Positions 1-12,951 of a DNA stretch of 64,000 nucleotides are shown one piece after another. A program made the position numbers and the translations under genes. The notes beneath the pieces were generated by a model. It was given only the letters and a program-made list of their open reading frames with translations, was not told where the DNA came from and did not search any database. The DNA lies in assembly GCA_965235115.1 (NCBI GenBank), contig OZ249440.1, positions 34,164,001 through 34,228,000 of the forward strand, written 5' to 3'. This DNA comes from Laetmonice hystrix (lineage: Eukaryota). The stretch's first letter is position 1; every line of letters begins with the position of its first letter.

Positions 1-92
1 TACACCATTTGATATTAATTTCTATTTGACAGGCTATTGTATCACTGTCAGTCTGTACCCGAGATAGCAGTACTTTCCAACATAAATCATAC

Positions 93-211
93 CTTATTAA
101 TGGCCAGGAGGACCATTAACTTCCTCACAACCCCGATCTTCCTTGCTGGCAGCATCTCTTTGAGGTCACTCTCTGTAAGGTGGCGCAGTGTGAATCCGTC
201 GACAACATTAT
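93..211 (-). CDS. Internal exon encoding part of a SAM (sterile alpha motif) domain, SAMD3-like accessory gene of an animal EnSpm/CACTA element
   Basis: The minus strand reads tctgcag|AT AAT GTT GTC GAC...AAT AAG|gtatga and translates as NVVDGFTLRHLTESDLKEMLPARKIGVVRKLMVLLAINK, which fits the SAM pattern DGxxLxxLTExDLKE-x-GxxxKL. It is not in the ORF track. The gene continues off the window. Confidence 0.7.
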
Positions 212-253
212 CTGCAGAATTAGAGTCCTGAGTTCATAATTTTCAACTGCATG

Positions 254-2712
254 CTATAGCATCCATACTTCGTCAACATTTTCCAACATGACCATTCTCT
301 GTCGATTCACACAGTGCATTATTTGTGGCCATTCATATACCAGGTTTACAAATGGAAGAATACACTTCTTTTCCTCGGGAACAACTATGAATGTATTTCG
401 GTGATTGTCAAATGCGTAAATGTTAAGATATTTGCAATCAAAGTATGTATCACGCTGCTTGACAATGATTCTGTCAATCATCACAAGTTCAGGTTCTTCA
501 TCCCAGGATTTCACTAGCACAGTCCCCTGGGTGTAAGTGTGCCCATTAATGGTTACTTTGGGGGAAATCAGTACGTTGCAGTTGTCATCTGTTACTTGTG
601 AGAGATTGTCTATAGTAACTCCAGGAAGTGCATATCCCGCCACAACATAATCTCCAGCACCCAAATAGTTCCAAGATGGATGTCCTTGCATATCCCGCAT
701 TTGAAAACACATCCAGTTTTGGTGATACTCAGCCAGCGATTTTGCAATGTTCTGAAAATTAAACCATCGCTTTTGTTTAAGAAATCCATTTTTGGCTTCA
801 AACCTCATGCACCAATGCATCCGTAGAGGTCCAAAAAGCCTAATTTGATCAGGGAAATGGATCAAATAATGAAGTTTGGGGATAAATGACTCTTCCGGAT
901 ATAACTTTCCAAAAGATAGTAAATAGCGACCAATTGTGTACCTGAGAGAATCAATTGTTCTTTGTGATACGACTGATGACATACAGAGAATTGTGATCTG
1001 AAGAAAGCAAAGAAAATTGCCCAATTGAGGTCACCAACCGGAATCTTATCACCAATCATGTATGGCAGTAATGTGACAAGTATCTTCATAGATGCCGCAC
1101 TCTGCGAGAACACTACGCCATTGACCAAATGTTTTCGCTCGATGGGTTGTGGCTTATCCCTTGCTTCTGAAGGTGTGTATTCAAAACGTAATATAGAATT
1201 GTTTAACTCCTCCAGTGTAATGTATTTCTTCTCAATGACAATTGTTCTCAGAAGACAGCGGAGTTCACATCTGGCAATCCCTTCAAGGATAACGTGCATC
1301 GGGTCGTGCAAAAGACATTTTGTTAGCTCAAAATGAGGAACATCCATCAACACACTTCGACCATTAACACCCCATTTCTTTGACCAGTACTTTGAGCCAG
1401 CTCTACTAATTTCTTCCAAAAGAGTGACACGATCGCGATGTTCTGCTTCATCTCGAGGATGACAGTCACTTGAAAAAACGCACGTAGTTTGCTAAGTTCC
1501 TCTCTTTTCACGTCACACGTTCTGCATGGTGCGTTTGCTTGACCCACTCCTTCTTTGAAACCACCAAGTAGCTGGCTTGCTAAAGTATCTGCGAGGACGA
1601 TGCTGAGTATTCCATAATATCTCTTCACCCCATAATTGGGAAGGTATAAATCAACCCCATCGGACAAAGACTTAAGAGAAGTAATCAGGTCTTGGACCAG
1701 TGCCAGTGGAGCTGTTCCGTGTTTTTTCAAATCTTTTGTTTTGGCTATCGCTGCAAGTTGTATGTAAGATAGCTTACTGCAATAGGAAGGCGGTACGTTT
1801 AGCAAGAGCCAGTAAAAAGCTGTCAATTTGTGCTTCTTACGGTGGCTGCCAATGGCATTAACGATTTCAAAGTCGTCAGTGTAAACGGCGAACAATAGCG
1901 CATCTGGATGACGCTGCAGAAAGTCAATCTGATGGATGTATTCCCCGTCCTGAATATCTAACAACAGACCATGTTGTTGTCTTCTGTCTTGACGCAGGTG
2001 TTCGTGCACCTCTGGCATACAAAGCAATGCCTTCAACTGGTCCAGGAAAGGCACAACATACCCGTAAGACTCTTTCTGCACTAACCTGTACTGCCCACAC
2101 CTTAATCTTTTGTTGATGAGATCTACTCCGAGTTTAGTTGAAGTTGGTGGCACATATCCGAATTTAGTAGTGAAAAACCTTCTTTGTTTATAATCAGTGT
2201 CAACATGTGAAAAGAGATCCGGGTGATCGAAACACTTGTCAATATCAGAGTGGTCATTCAGAAGCTCCAGTGACACCTTTTCTTTCAATGCATTCAGTTT
2301 TTCCTGGAATAGGATGTTCGTAGACTGAAGAATGTCCTTTATGGCACTCTGGGTTAATCTGTGCCCAGCCTTCAATTTCAATACATAGGCGGCTTAACTT
2401 TTGCTTTCGTCGTCAGGGCCGTCTGTGTCTGATTCGATAGCTACTAAATCATTGTCATGATCTACTTCTTCTCTTCCTGTGCTACACGTAGGTGGTTGAT
2501 TGAAGTGATTCCTTTTGCAGTGTTTCTTGAAACTGTCGTAGTTTTTAAACGAGGCACCACAACCATTTACTGCACAGTGTATAATGAAGTTTGCTGAGCA
2601 TCTGTGGCGTTGTAGGAGGTGCTTCAGAAGTCTGTCTTGAGTGTCGCAGAAAACTGGGCACATGCTACAGCTGTGAGCCATCGAGCTAATCCACGATTCA
2701 TTTTGGCTCCAC
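254..2712 (-). pseudogene. EnSpm/CACTA (CMC) transposase with N-terminal C2H2 zinc fingers, disrupted
   Basis: ORFs 2394-2834, 1347-2381, 862-1419 and 254-1024 join through one in-frame TAA (2394-2396) and two frameshifts (~1460, ~1024). Motifs: CSMC..HLLQRH, CAVNGC..HCKRNH, YTDDFEIVNAIGS, DTLASQLLGGFKE..PCRTC, HDPMHVILEG, PKLHYLIHFP..FGPL..WCMRFEAKN. There is a splice acceptor (tcgcag|G) at ~2712. Confidence 0.85.
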
Positions 2713-4003
2713 CTGCGACATACAAACATAAAGCTGTGTGCAGCAATCTGACAAGTGTGGCAATCTGGCAATGTGACACGCAGGGCTCCATTCCTGCAAT
2801 GTGCAACTCCTAGCCAAATCGGATTTTTAAACATTTAAATCAAATTAAAAAAAATATAAATCAGATTTTTTATTTTTTTTCAAAATTGACAATCTTAATA
2901 GCCTAATTTAAATTGGGTTCAAAATGGCACCAATTGCCTTTCATTTTCTTGTTTATTACAAACCTATATCTTTGTTAAAATTTCACTGTTTTATGACTTT
3001 TTTTAAAGAGCATTCATATACAAGTTTTTTGACGGTTGAGGAATTCATTGACTCGGTCACTCCATTGATGAAGTGGGGGAGGAGGCCTCTGATATTGGTG
3101 TTACATCACTGCACCCATCGAGCATGCTTGAGTGAACTTACAGCGAACAGTTGAACGTAGCAGGTCGCTGTCACCGACTCTCATATTTATTTATTCTTCT
3201 TATTTTGCTTATTTATCCTGCCTCGGTGGACCCTATGCCTGGGCTTAAAGTTTAAACGAAGTTTATGATATTTAATCTAGGTTTACGATGGTCGTCACAG
3301 ATTGTGACAAAGCCTGGCCACTCTGGCCCTCACAATTTTAATCAGTAATTTTGAGATTTTATGTCAGTTAGACAGCCCATGGCCTGCTCTTTCAAAAACC
3401 GTTTACAAAATTAAAAATCTGTGTAATATCCCCAGAGATATGGACGATTTAATTAATCGATTTCCATGGTTACCAGATATGACAATAAGCACAGCCAATC
3501 CTTTGTTGGAGTTAGAAGCTAGAGTTCACAGTATTTCTCATTGTCAGAATTTATTAAATAACTAACAATTTCGACATGATTTATTATACAGAATTCATTT
3601 CCAGAGTAGGAAGGAAACTGATATACATGTATTAATGAATTTTTCGGTTGCCAGCAACCAAGTTCGCATTGTGGCAATTTCTTAATTTTTTATGTTTTAT
3701 CATGAACTACCAGGGGAAGAAATTAAAAGAAAACAGCTACATCTGTTCCAAAAGGTCAAACCTCATGATTTCCCAAAGCACTAGCTCAAGAATAAATTTC
3801 TGAAATTCGCTAGATATTGGCAGATAATTAGATATTTACACACATTCTCGCAACTTGCAAGTTAATTTTAAACTATAATTGGGAGTAGTAACTTGTAAGT
3901 CAGTGCTCCCGGCACTACATCCACATCAAGACAAAAATTATTTCTGTCTTAGTTTGAGATTATGTTATGGTAAATTGGTATACTGTTTGTTATTTTTATA
4001 CTA

Positions 4004-4684
4004 TCTGAGCCCGGTTTTTTTGTTTGGTTTCCACCCGTGAGCAAGGGTGAGCAAGGGTGAGCAAAGGTTCGTGCTCACCCTTGCTCACCCTTGCGCGTTT
4101 TTTTTGTTTTTTCTCTGAGAGTCTAAGGCTTGCTCACGGTGAGCTTGCTCACGGTGAGCACGTCAGGGTGAGCAAGGTAGGGACCTGTCTCACGGTAGGG
4201 TGAGCAAGGGTGAGCAAGGGTGAGATGTGCTATGGCTGAATTGGCCAGACTGGTGCATCCTCCAACATCTCCAAATAAGGCATCCTGCCTCTCATGCATT
4301 CCTCCATGTTTACGTTTGTGGGATTTGTAGTATAGTGTCGCCACATATGTGACGCTCTGTGGTGTCGCTCACCAGCACTGTCGTCTGTCAAACTTGTGAC
4401 GTATACCCATACCCAATGCGCGCGAGTTTCATTCATAAAGTCAATGCAAATATGCCGCGCTGTGGATACTGGGAGTCGTCGGCACGCAGAAGATGGGCAC
4501 ATAGTTACGGTATCTTGCTCAAGCTTGCTCACGGTGAGCACGTCTCACATGAGATCGTGGTGAAATGAAACCCCCCAAAAACCCGAAACCTTGGTGAGCA
4601 TGAGCTCATGTGAGCAAGTAAATGCTTGCTCAACCTTGCTCACCTCAGCTCACGTTTTGTAGAAAACAAAAAACCGGGCCCAGG
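4004..4684. mobile_element. MITE with imperfect TIRs, TA flanks and many GTGAGCAAGG subterminal repeats
   Basis: ta|TCTGAGCCCGGTTTTTTGTTT ... AAACAAAAAACCGGGCCCAGG|ta. The GTGAGCAAG/CTTGCTCAC motif repeats in both orientations. Confidence 0.7.
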
Positions 4685-6328
4685 TAATTCGACGGGTTGC
4701 TATGAAAACGGCATAAGACGTTCATGTACATGTAGTTAACATATGGACGATCCAGCTCCACGCCAAAGGGGGTAGGGGTGGTGCTGTAAGCAAATTAGCG
4801 CTACGTACGCGCTCGGGTGGAGTGGGGGTATGGAAGGAATTGGTTTAGACAGAATATTTTTTTCTGGTGCCGGGCCCTCCTATTTTATAAGCAAACTAGG
4901 CAAGCTACTGTAGTGCCCGGGTGGGGGGGGGATGATTTGGCGATTTGCCGTAGATTTTAATTTCTGTGTGTGTGTGGGTGGGGGGTGGGGGGGGGGGGGT
5001 GGCACCGAACCTGTAGTGCCCCGGGCCCCCCCCAAGGTCTAAATCCGGCCCTGGTTATGCTAGTATAATATATTATTATTTCAGGAAAATGAATAATAGG
5101 CAGTGATGGGAGGGGGTGGGGGCAAATTGTGATGCACTCAGAACAAGTAAACCAAAGTTTCTACAAAGTGCTTCAAGAAACACTATTTTATGAGGGGCCT
5201 AATACTACACAGGACTTGCAGAATAGCAGGGACCAAAGAACGGTGTATAGCCTGCAATTTGATGAGGGGGCAGGAGGGGGGTGCCGCTATCGCTGGGTGG
5301 GTGCATGCCCCCCCCCCCCCAAGTCAATTTTGAAATCTAATGTTGTCTGGTGACTATTAGATGTGAAATTTGAGGTCCTCAAATTATTGGAGTCAAATAT
5401 TTATCATCTTATTATTCCATGACTTTCTGGGGGGGGGGGGGGGGGGGGGACAATAGCCAGGTTAAAAGTGAAACAGAGGTTTTGACCCTAGCAAAACTCC
5501 AGACATTGTGTTTATTTTCTAATTTAGAAGGGTGAGAGTTTGTCATCTAGAATGACAACTTCATACAACAAGAGAAAAAGTAGATTTTCAATCAAATCTG
5601 CCTTGTCATGTCAGAAAATTTGGCAATTTGTTGAGTGAGAAGAATGGATTTTCTATGAATTTTATCCTATTTTGTAACCATTAAGTCTTTTAATTTTTAT
5701 TAAAAGAAGAAATTTAAAGAAATTTTCAGGAGGGGGGGCAGAAAATAAAGGAATTTCATAGGCGGCATAAGTAAATTGATGTCTATATTATATATAATGC
5801 TAAATTTCCTATGCCTTATGTAGGCGACCTGTTATTTTTTCAGATATTATAATGATTTGGCAGACCCTGGTCTTGTGAATAGGGCGGGACAGTTCTCGGT
5901 CTCGGGACGCGAAGAACCACGAGAACTGGCGGTGTTGGGGATAAACCACTGATCTGATCTGTACACTTTCTTCCGCAAGATGGCGCTTGGGCACCTCGCA
6001 CCTCGCATCTAGTGCAGCGCGGTGACTTTCGGGAAAATGCTGATCTGTATCGGGATCAAAGACCTTCGGGATAAACAAAGGCAACGTGGTTTAGCGTATA
6101 ATAATGGCGTCCACCATAGTCAGACATAGACGGCACTGACACTCCACTTAAACCTGTCATATCTCCGTAGTTGCCAAGACCTTGGCCATAAAACGCTGTA
6201 ATTATCTATAACAATATGTTTTACGATTGATTGATACAAAAATTCACATTAGAATCGCCAAATGTGAGAATGATAGTTCATTACGTACAGCGTATGCAAG
6301 ATTTCTATGTTGAACTAGGGAGCGCAAT

Positions 6329-6716
6329 AGGGAGCGTAAGTCTCGCGACCGAAAACGAGGTTCGGTCTAACTGGGTCAGACCGCTGGCGACATGCAACTT
6401 CCGTTACGTCACAATCCCCCACTGGTTTAACATAGGGCGAGCGTACACCTCTCCAAACATCGGCCTTTCTTTTGACAATTAAATATTTCTTAAGTATAAA
6501 ATGTATTTTTTCTGACATAAGAGATGTTGGTTCTGATGTATAGTCAGTTTGATAACAAAGAGAACAGTATTTTTGGAGTTATGAGTTAGAACGTTTTTTC
6601 AATGGGCCTCCCAATGCTAAATGAACGGAACCGGAATTTGGCTGGCGCCAGTTTGGGCCTCCAAACCGCATTTCTCGTCGATTCACGCATTGTGACGTGA
6701 CATACTTACGCTCCCT
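6329..6716. mobile_element. MITE with AGGG termini and AT duplication (ISL2EU-like signature)
   Basis: at|AGGGAGCGTAAGT ... ACTTACGCTCCCT|at. Confidence 0.65.
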
Positions 6717-7933
6717 ATAGTTGTTTATCGCCAGCGCAGCACGTTGTCAGGGGTTACGATGTCATTAACATAATCGACGTCACGTGACTGTCCAGCCCTA
6801 TTGTTCCTATCATTCAATGAAAATCGACGTCACAATCACCATTATAGAAACGTCAAAACGACTCACTATGATCTGGCCACTTGAGCGAGCGGAGCGTTTT
6901 CCCCTGATAACTCCACTTTCCAAGCGGAGTTAGTCTACCATAATCAGTAAAATCAGTGGAATCTCAGCTTTCCAATGATGGTATGTTCGTTATAATCTGT
7001 TAGGTTTTAGGGGGCCTACTTTTAGCTACAACTACCGCGGAGTGCTAGTAAAAACGCCATTTTGTCCCGCGCGCTCTATAACAGAGACTAGAGGAGCGTA
7101 TACTATAGCCTAGCCTATACCTAGACCTCCCCCGCTCTTCGGTGTCTCCTCAAATTCAAGTGGCCTGAAAATCTAGTCTGAGATAGATATAGGCCTAAGT
7201 TGTACCAATACAATAGGAACATAATATTAGTGGAACCAAGAGTCTTGAAGAGACAGAATGTGTCTCAGTGAAGGACCAAAAACCGTTAGCCTAGCCCTAG
7301 GCCTCGGCTGGGCCTAGATCTATGCCGAGATCTAGATGATCTACCTAGCGCCTAGGCTAGCCCTATCTAGATCTACACCAAAAACAATGCACTTTTCCCT
7401 GAGAAAATCATCTAATCATTGCAAAGTACTAATACGGCTTTTTGTACTGATGAGGACACCAGTATTGGGGGGGGGGGGGGGGGCGTGGGCTCAGGATTTT
7501 GACGGGGCGTGGGTCCGACTATTTTGCCTAGATCATAGATGATTTGCCTAGATATTCTGTCGGTGAAAGTGGGGGGGGGGGGCTTAAATCCGCCACTGCT
7601 ACTCTAAATAGTGTGTTGTAGGCGAATTTAAAGGCTAAATTGCACTATCACTTATGTAATACTTGAGATGCCGCTTCCCGCCAAATTTTAACGGTTAGGC
7701 CTACTGAATACTGGTCTCGAGTAATCAGACACTTGATCTTTTGGCGGTTTTGCATTTCCATAAATAATCGCTGTATTACTTACCAGCAAAACAAGTAATA
7801 TAGTCCGGTGGCACAGGAGTAGAACCTTGCAATCTCTGGTTACAATCGTTTCTTTGCATTTTCCAGTAATTTAGACCATGTAGTTCAAGAATCCGTCGGG
7901 TGTAATGATTACCCCCGCTTGGCATTTTCAAAA

Positions 7934-8895
7934 TTCAAGATGGCGGCCAAAATGGCCGCCAAATCACGTTTTTAGCTATAACTTTTGAACCATTCAACAT
8001 AGAGTCCTGATTTTGGTGTCTAACATGGGGTTTTGGGTGTCGGGGAATCCATTTTCAATGTGAAAATATAATTTATTGGCTCTTATGCACACTATTGGGG
8101 CCTACATTCAAGATGGCGGCCAAAATGGCCGCCAAATCACGCTTTGAGCTATAACTTTTGAACCATACAACATAGAGTCCTGATTCTGATATCTAACATA
8201 GGGTTTTGGGTGTCGGGGAATTCATTTATGGTGGTAAAATAATAATTTGATGACTCTTATGCATGCTAATGGGGGGGGGGCTACATTCAAGATGGCGGCC
8301 AAGATGGCCGTCAGATCGCGTTTTGAGCTATAACTTTTGAATCATACAACATAGAGTCCTGATTCTGGTGTCTAACATGGGGTTTTGGGTGTCGGGGAAT
8401 CCATTTATGGTGGTAAAATAATAATTTGATGACTCCTGTGCCTGCTAATGGGGGCCTACATTCAAGATGGCGGCCAAGATGGCGGCCAAATCACGTTTTT
8501 AGCTATAACTTTGGAACCATACAACATAGAGTCCTGATTCTGGTGTCTAACATGGGGTTTTGGGTGTCTGGGAATTCATTTATGGTGGTAAAATAATAAT
8601 TTGATGACTCTTATGCATGCTAATGGGGGGGGGGCTACATTCAAGATGGCGGCCAAGATGGCGGCCAAATCACGTTTTGAGCTATACTTTTGAACCATAT
8701 AACATAGAATCCCGATTTTGGTGTCTAACAAGGGATTTTGGGTGTCGTGGAATTCATTTATGGTGTTAAAATAATAATTTGATGACTCCTATGCATGCTA
8801 ATGGGGCCTATACATTCAAGATAGCGGCCAAATAACGTTTTGAGCTATAACTTTTGAACGATACAACATAGAATCCCGATTTTGGTGTCTAACAT
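7934..8895 (+). repeat. ~175-180-bp tandem repeat (about 5.5 units), left arm of the foldback element
   Basis: TTCAAGATGGCGGCC recurs at ~7934, 8107, 8286, 8461, 8640 and 8815. Confidence 0.9.
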
Positions 8896-9232
8896 GGAGG
8901 GTTGAGTAATCAAGTAATCATTCCATCAGCCCCTATGATCCAACTGAAAGATGACAGCTAATTAAGGACCATTTACCAAGCAAAATTAGGATTATTCAGC
9001 AAAACTTTATATTTCTTTGAGCATTAAGACCATGCGAAACACGTAAATTGAATAAGGTAGGAAATACGAACAGTAACAGGATGTAACTAGACCAGATGAT
9101 TGTCGGCAATTATTTATCCCATCTCCCACTATTATAGAAAAAAAATCCTAATCGACCTTTAGTCTGTCCCATATTTACTAATCTATTAGATTCATTGAAT
9201 ATGAATGAAATATTACTGAATAGGTTTCATCT

Positions 9233-9533
9233 GAGATGGAGTTTAGTGTCCAAAAAAATCAAAAATTGAATTTTTGCCTTTGGTGGAATTCGGACCCATG
9301 GTCTCCAGCCTTTAGGTGGGGCATGCTACCCACTCAGCTGTCGAGACTCACGGATAGGGTCGTGCTAAGGTTGTATTTCAAAAAGGGTGATGATGTCATG
9401 ACACAAAAGGGTGACGTCACAGGAGAAAATGTTCATAAAGTTGGCTCACCGGCCCACCCTTTTAAGCACACAACGTTTTATTAAGATCTGTTGGGGGCAA
9501 AAACAATCATTTTCTGACACTAAACTCCGTCTC
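9233..9533. mobile_element. Small TIR element carrying a tRNA-like segment
   Basis: TIR GAGATGGAGTTTAGTGTC / GACACTAAACTCCGTCTC. Minus strand 9281-9348 resembles a degenerate tRNA with A- and B-box-like motifs. Confidence 0.55.
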
Positions 9534-9777
9534 AGTAGGCCTCGGCAGGGAAGACGTTATGTTTTTCACGTTTCTCATATTCTCTCCCTCTCTCTCTCGC
9601 CCCCTCTCCTCTTCCTCCTCTCCCCCTCTCTCTCAATGGTCATTTCTCGTCAGTTTTAAAGCTATCTCGAATGAAATTTGCACTGAAGTTGTACTATAGT
9701 CTGACCAACACTCCATATCAAGCAATACGTCATATAAGGGTTTTAAAACATACTAAAGACGTCCAAGTGGGTATTAA

Positions 9778-10307
9778 AGGGGCATGCTATGAAACACGTT
9801 TTTGAGGATTTCCGGCAATTATCCAACATGACTGTGTACTAGGGATCTAAGTAAATAATCCTACCACAGCATTTTGTCCTCCAACGTGCCTTCGCTGCGT
9901 ATGCAGCACAAGTAGATTCTATACGACCAAACCTATAGATTTCTCCCGATAGCACATCTCCCGCCATAATTTGCCATAGACAACCTCCCATCAACCCATG
10001 TAATTGCATACTGTGTCACATCCTGCGTGTGCACTCTCTGCGTGTGCTTAGTCACGTGCTTCGCTTAGTTGTAAACAATTCAGCAGTTGCACTCGATCGT
10101 CCGGCATCAGAATGCCACCCAAAAAATATTTTACGAAATCGGCAGAAAAACGGGCAAGGGAGCTTCATAAACTTCGATTTCTCACACAAAATGAAACTGA
10201 TAAGTCTGTCTTTGTTTACCAAGCAATATTAATGAAGGATATCTTTATGAAAACAGCAAAAGTTCTTTGAAATACCGATTTTTCACGTTTCCTCATAATA
10301 TGCCCCT
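9778..10307. mobile_element. Kolobok-like MITE with TTAA TSD
   Basis: ttaa|AGGGGCATGCTATGA ... TCATAATATGCCCCT|ttaa. Confidence 0.7.
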
Positions 10308-10639
10308 TTAATATTTTCATGGAACCCATTCAGTAATATTTCATTCATATTCAACGAATCTAATAGATTAGTGTATGTCTATCTAAATTAAACTTGTAGG
10401 TCTAGCGCTTAATGGGACAGAATAAAGGTCGATTAAGAAACTTTAACTTCTTATCAATTATACAATGTAGTTGGAAATGGGATAAATCATCCGGTCTAGC
10501 TACATACTGTTACTGCTTGTATTTTTTACCTTATTTAATTTACGTGTATCGCAAGGTCTTGATGCTCAAAGAAATATTAAATTTTGCTGAATATTCCTAA
10601 TTTTGCTTGATAAATGGTCCTTAATTAGCTGTCATGGAT

Positions 10640-11460
10640 TCCCCCGGCACTCAACCGCCCATGTTAGACACCAAAGTCAGGACTTTAAAGTTCAATGGTT
10701 CAAAAGTTATAGCTAAAAAACGCGATTTGGCTGCCATCTTGGCGGCCATCTTGAATGTAGGCCCCCCAGTAACATGCAAAGGACTCATTAAATTATTATT
10801 TTAACACCATAAATGGATTCCCCGACACCCAAAACCCCATGTTAGACACCAAAATCAGGACTCTATGTTGTATAGTTCCAAAGTTATAGCTAAAAACGTG
10901 ATTTGGCCGCCATCTTGGCCGCCATCTTGAATGTAGGCCCCCATTAGCAGGCATAGGAGTCATCAAATTATTATTTTACCACCATAAATGAATTCCCCGA
11001 CACCCAAAACCCCATGTTAGACACCAAAATCAGGACTCTATGTTGTATGGTTCCAAAGTTATAGCTAAAAACGTGATTTGGCCGCCATCTTGGCCGCCAT
11101 CTTGAATGTAGGCCCCCATTAGCAGGCATAGGAGTCATCAAATTATTATTTTACCACCATAAATGAATTCCCCGACACCCAAAACCCCATGTTAGACACC
11201 AAAATCAGGACTCTATGTTGTATGGTTCAAAAGTTATAGCTAAAAACGTGATTTGGTGGCCATCGTGGCCGCCATCTTGAATGTAGGCCCCCATTAGCAG
11301 GCATAGGAGTCATCAAATTATTATTTTACCACCATAAATGAATTCCCCGACACCCAAAACCCCATGTTAGACACCAAAATCAGGACTCTATGTTGTATGG
11401 TTCAAAAGTTATAGCTAAAAACGTGATTTGGCGGCCATTTTGGACGCCATCTTGAATTTT
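10640..11460 (-). repeat. ~175-bp tandem repeat (about 5 units), right arm of the foldback element
   Basis: GCCATCTTGAAT recurs with a period of ~175 bp and is the inverse of the left-arm array. Confidence 0.9.
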
Positions 11461-12951
11461 GAACATGCCAAGCGGGGGTAATCATTACACCCGACGGATT
11501 CTTGAACTACATGGTCTAAAGTACTGAAAAATGCAAAGAAACGATTGTAACCAGAGATTGCAAGGTTTTGATTAAAAATGGGCTTCTGCCACCGGACTAA
11601 TAACCTCTTCAGGGAATCCTTTTTCTGTTAGCCAAAAGCACACGTCGCCAACGGAGGAATCTTCTGTCACACCGCTCATTTTTCACTCTGCTGGATGTTC
11701 AACGTCTTTGGCTTTGCTGTCACGTCCAGTCCACCGAGAGAACTGGGCCATCAAATCTCGCGAGATTCTCGACCATCTTGGCGCCAATTTTAAGATGTGA
11801 CACATGTTTATAGCTCTAAACATGTTCAGATGTAGGCCTAACACCAGACCAGATGTAAAACCCAGGGCCGTAGCCAGGATTTTTTCGGGGGGGGGGGGGG
11901 CTGGCGAGCGCCGAAGGCGCGAGTCGTTCGCATGTTGGGAGGGGGGGCTAGGAAATTTTGAAATCTAGAAGCTCTAGAGTTCTAAGGTCCCCTTTGAGAA
12001 GACCCTGACCCCCCCCCCCCCGCCCTCTCCCAACGTCAGTCACTCAGCAGGTGCCCTTTCTTGAGAAGACCCTGACCTTCCCCCCCCCCCCCCCATGAAG
12101 AAATCCTGCATGGATCCGCGGCTGATAGGCCTACATACGTATAGGCCCCTAGGACCTATAGCTATAGGCATAGATCTAGACTATAGGCCTAGGCCTATTT
12201 ACAAGACAGCTGATCACCAGTATTGGTAGGCCGTTTCACCGCTACCGAACTTAGCTATAGGCCTATATATAGGCCTAGGCTTATCTCCCTCACGGAATTA
12301 GCCTATGCTATGGCTATAGGCCCGTATAGTCGTGCGGGGGGGGGGGGTGCGGTAGGTGCGGTCGCACCCCCCCCCCCCCCCCCGCAGGGCTGAATGGAGT
12401 TCCGCAGGGCTGAAGTGAGTTCCGCAGGGCTGAAGGGAGTTCCGCAAAATGTTGAAATGATGACGTCACGCGGGCAATGCAGGGGGGGGGGGTGCTAAGG
12501 TTGTGCGCTAGTGGATGTTATGGAGGCTGTGATGATGTCACACGGGGAATGACCAAGGGGGGGGGGGGGTGCTTGTGAACCCACGCGTCCCCAACTTGAA
12601 ATCCTGGTTCCGCCTATCCAGAAACGCACCCACCCATTTGTCATGCTGCGTACTACCATAGGCCTAGATCCCTATAGGCCTCTACGTAGGCCTACCTCAA
12701 GTGGGAGATAGGCCCCTATCCCACTTGGTGGGCAAAAAGATTTGGCAGGTCTGTAACACACTCAGTTAGGGGGCCTATAGAGATTACACATGTTTAACAT
12801 CTAAACACATTGTGAAGACAGTGTGTTTAGTTTCAACCACATTTGTGATCGGAAAAACCTAAACATGTTTAAGAAATAAGCATAATATAGCACGTGTGGA
12901 GCATAATAACATGTTACTGGTTAAACATGTACAAGTAAGGCACACAATCAG

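Larger units (their letters stand above)
7801..11599. mobile_element. Non-autonomous Academ-like foldback DNA transposon; ~1.4-kb inverted arms containing ~175-bp tandem repeats
   Basis: ata|TAGTCCGGTGGCA ... TGCCACCGGACTA|ata gives a 3-bp TSD and TAG..CTA termini. Arm 7801-~9230 is the reverse complement of ~10320-11599. Confidence 0.8.

Noticed and set aside
7934..11460. CRISPR array or centromeric satellite
   Set aside because: The whole unit repeats without spacers and is confined within the inverted arms of a TSD-flanked transposon.
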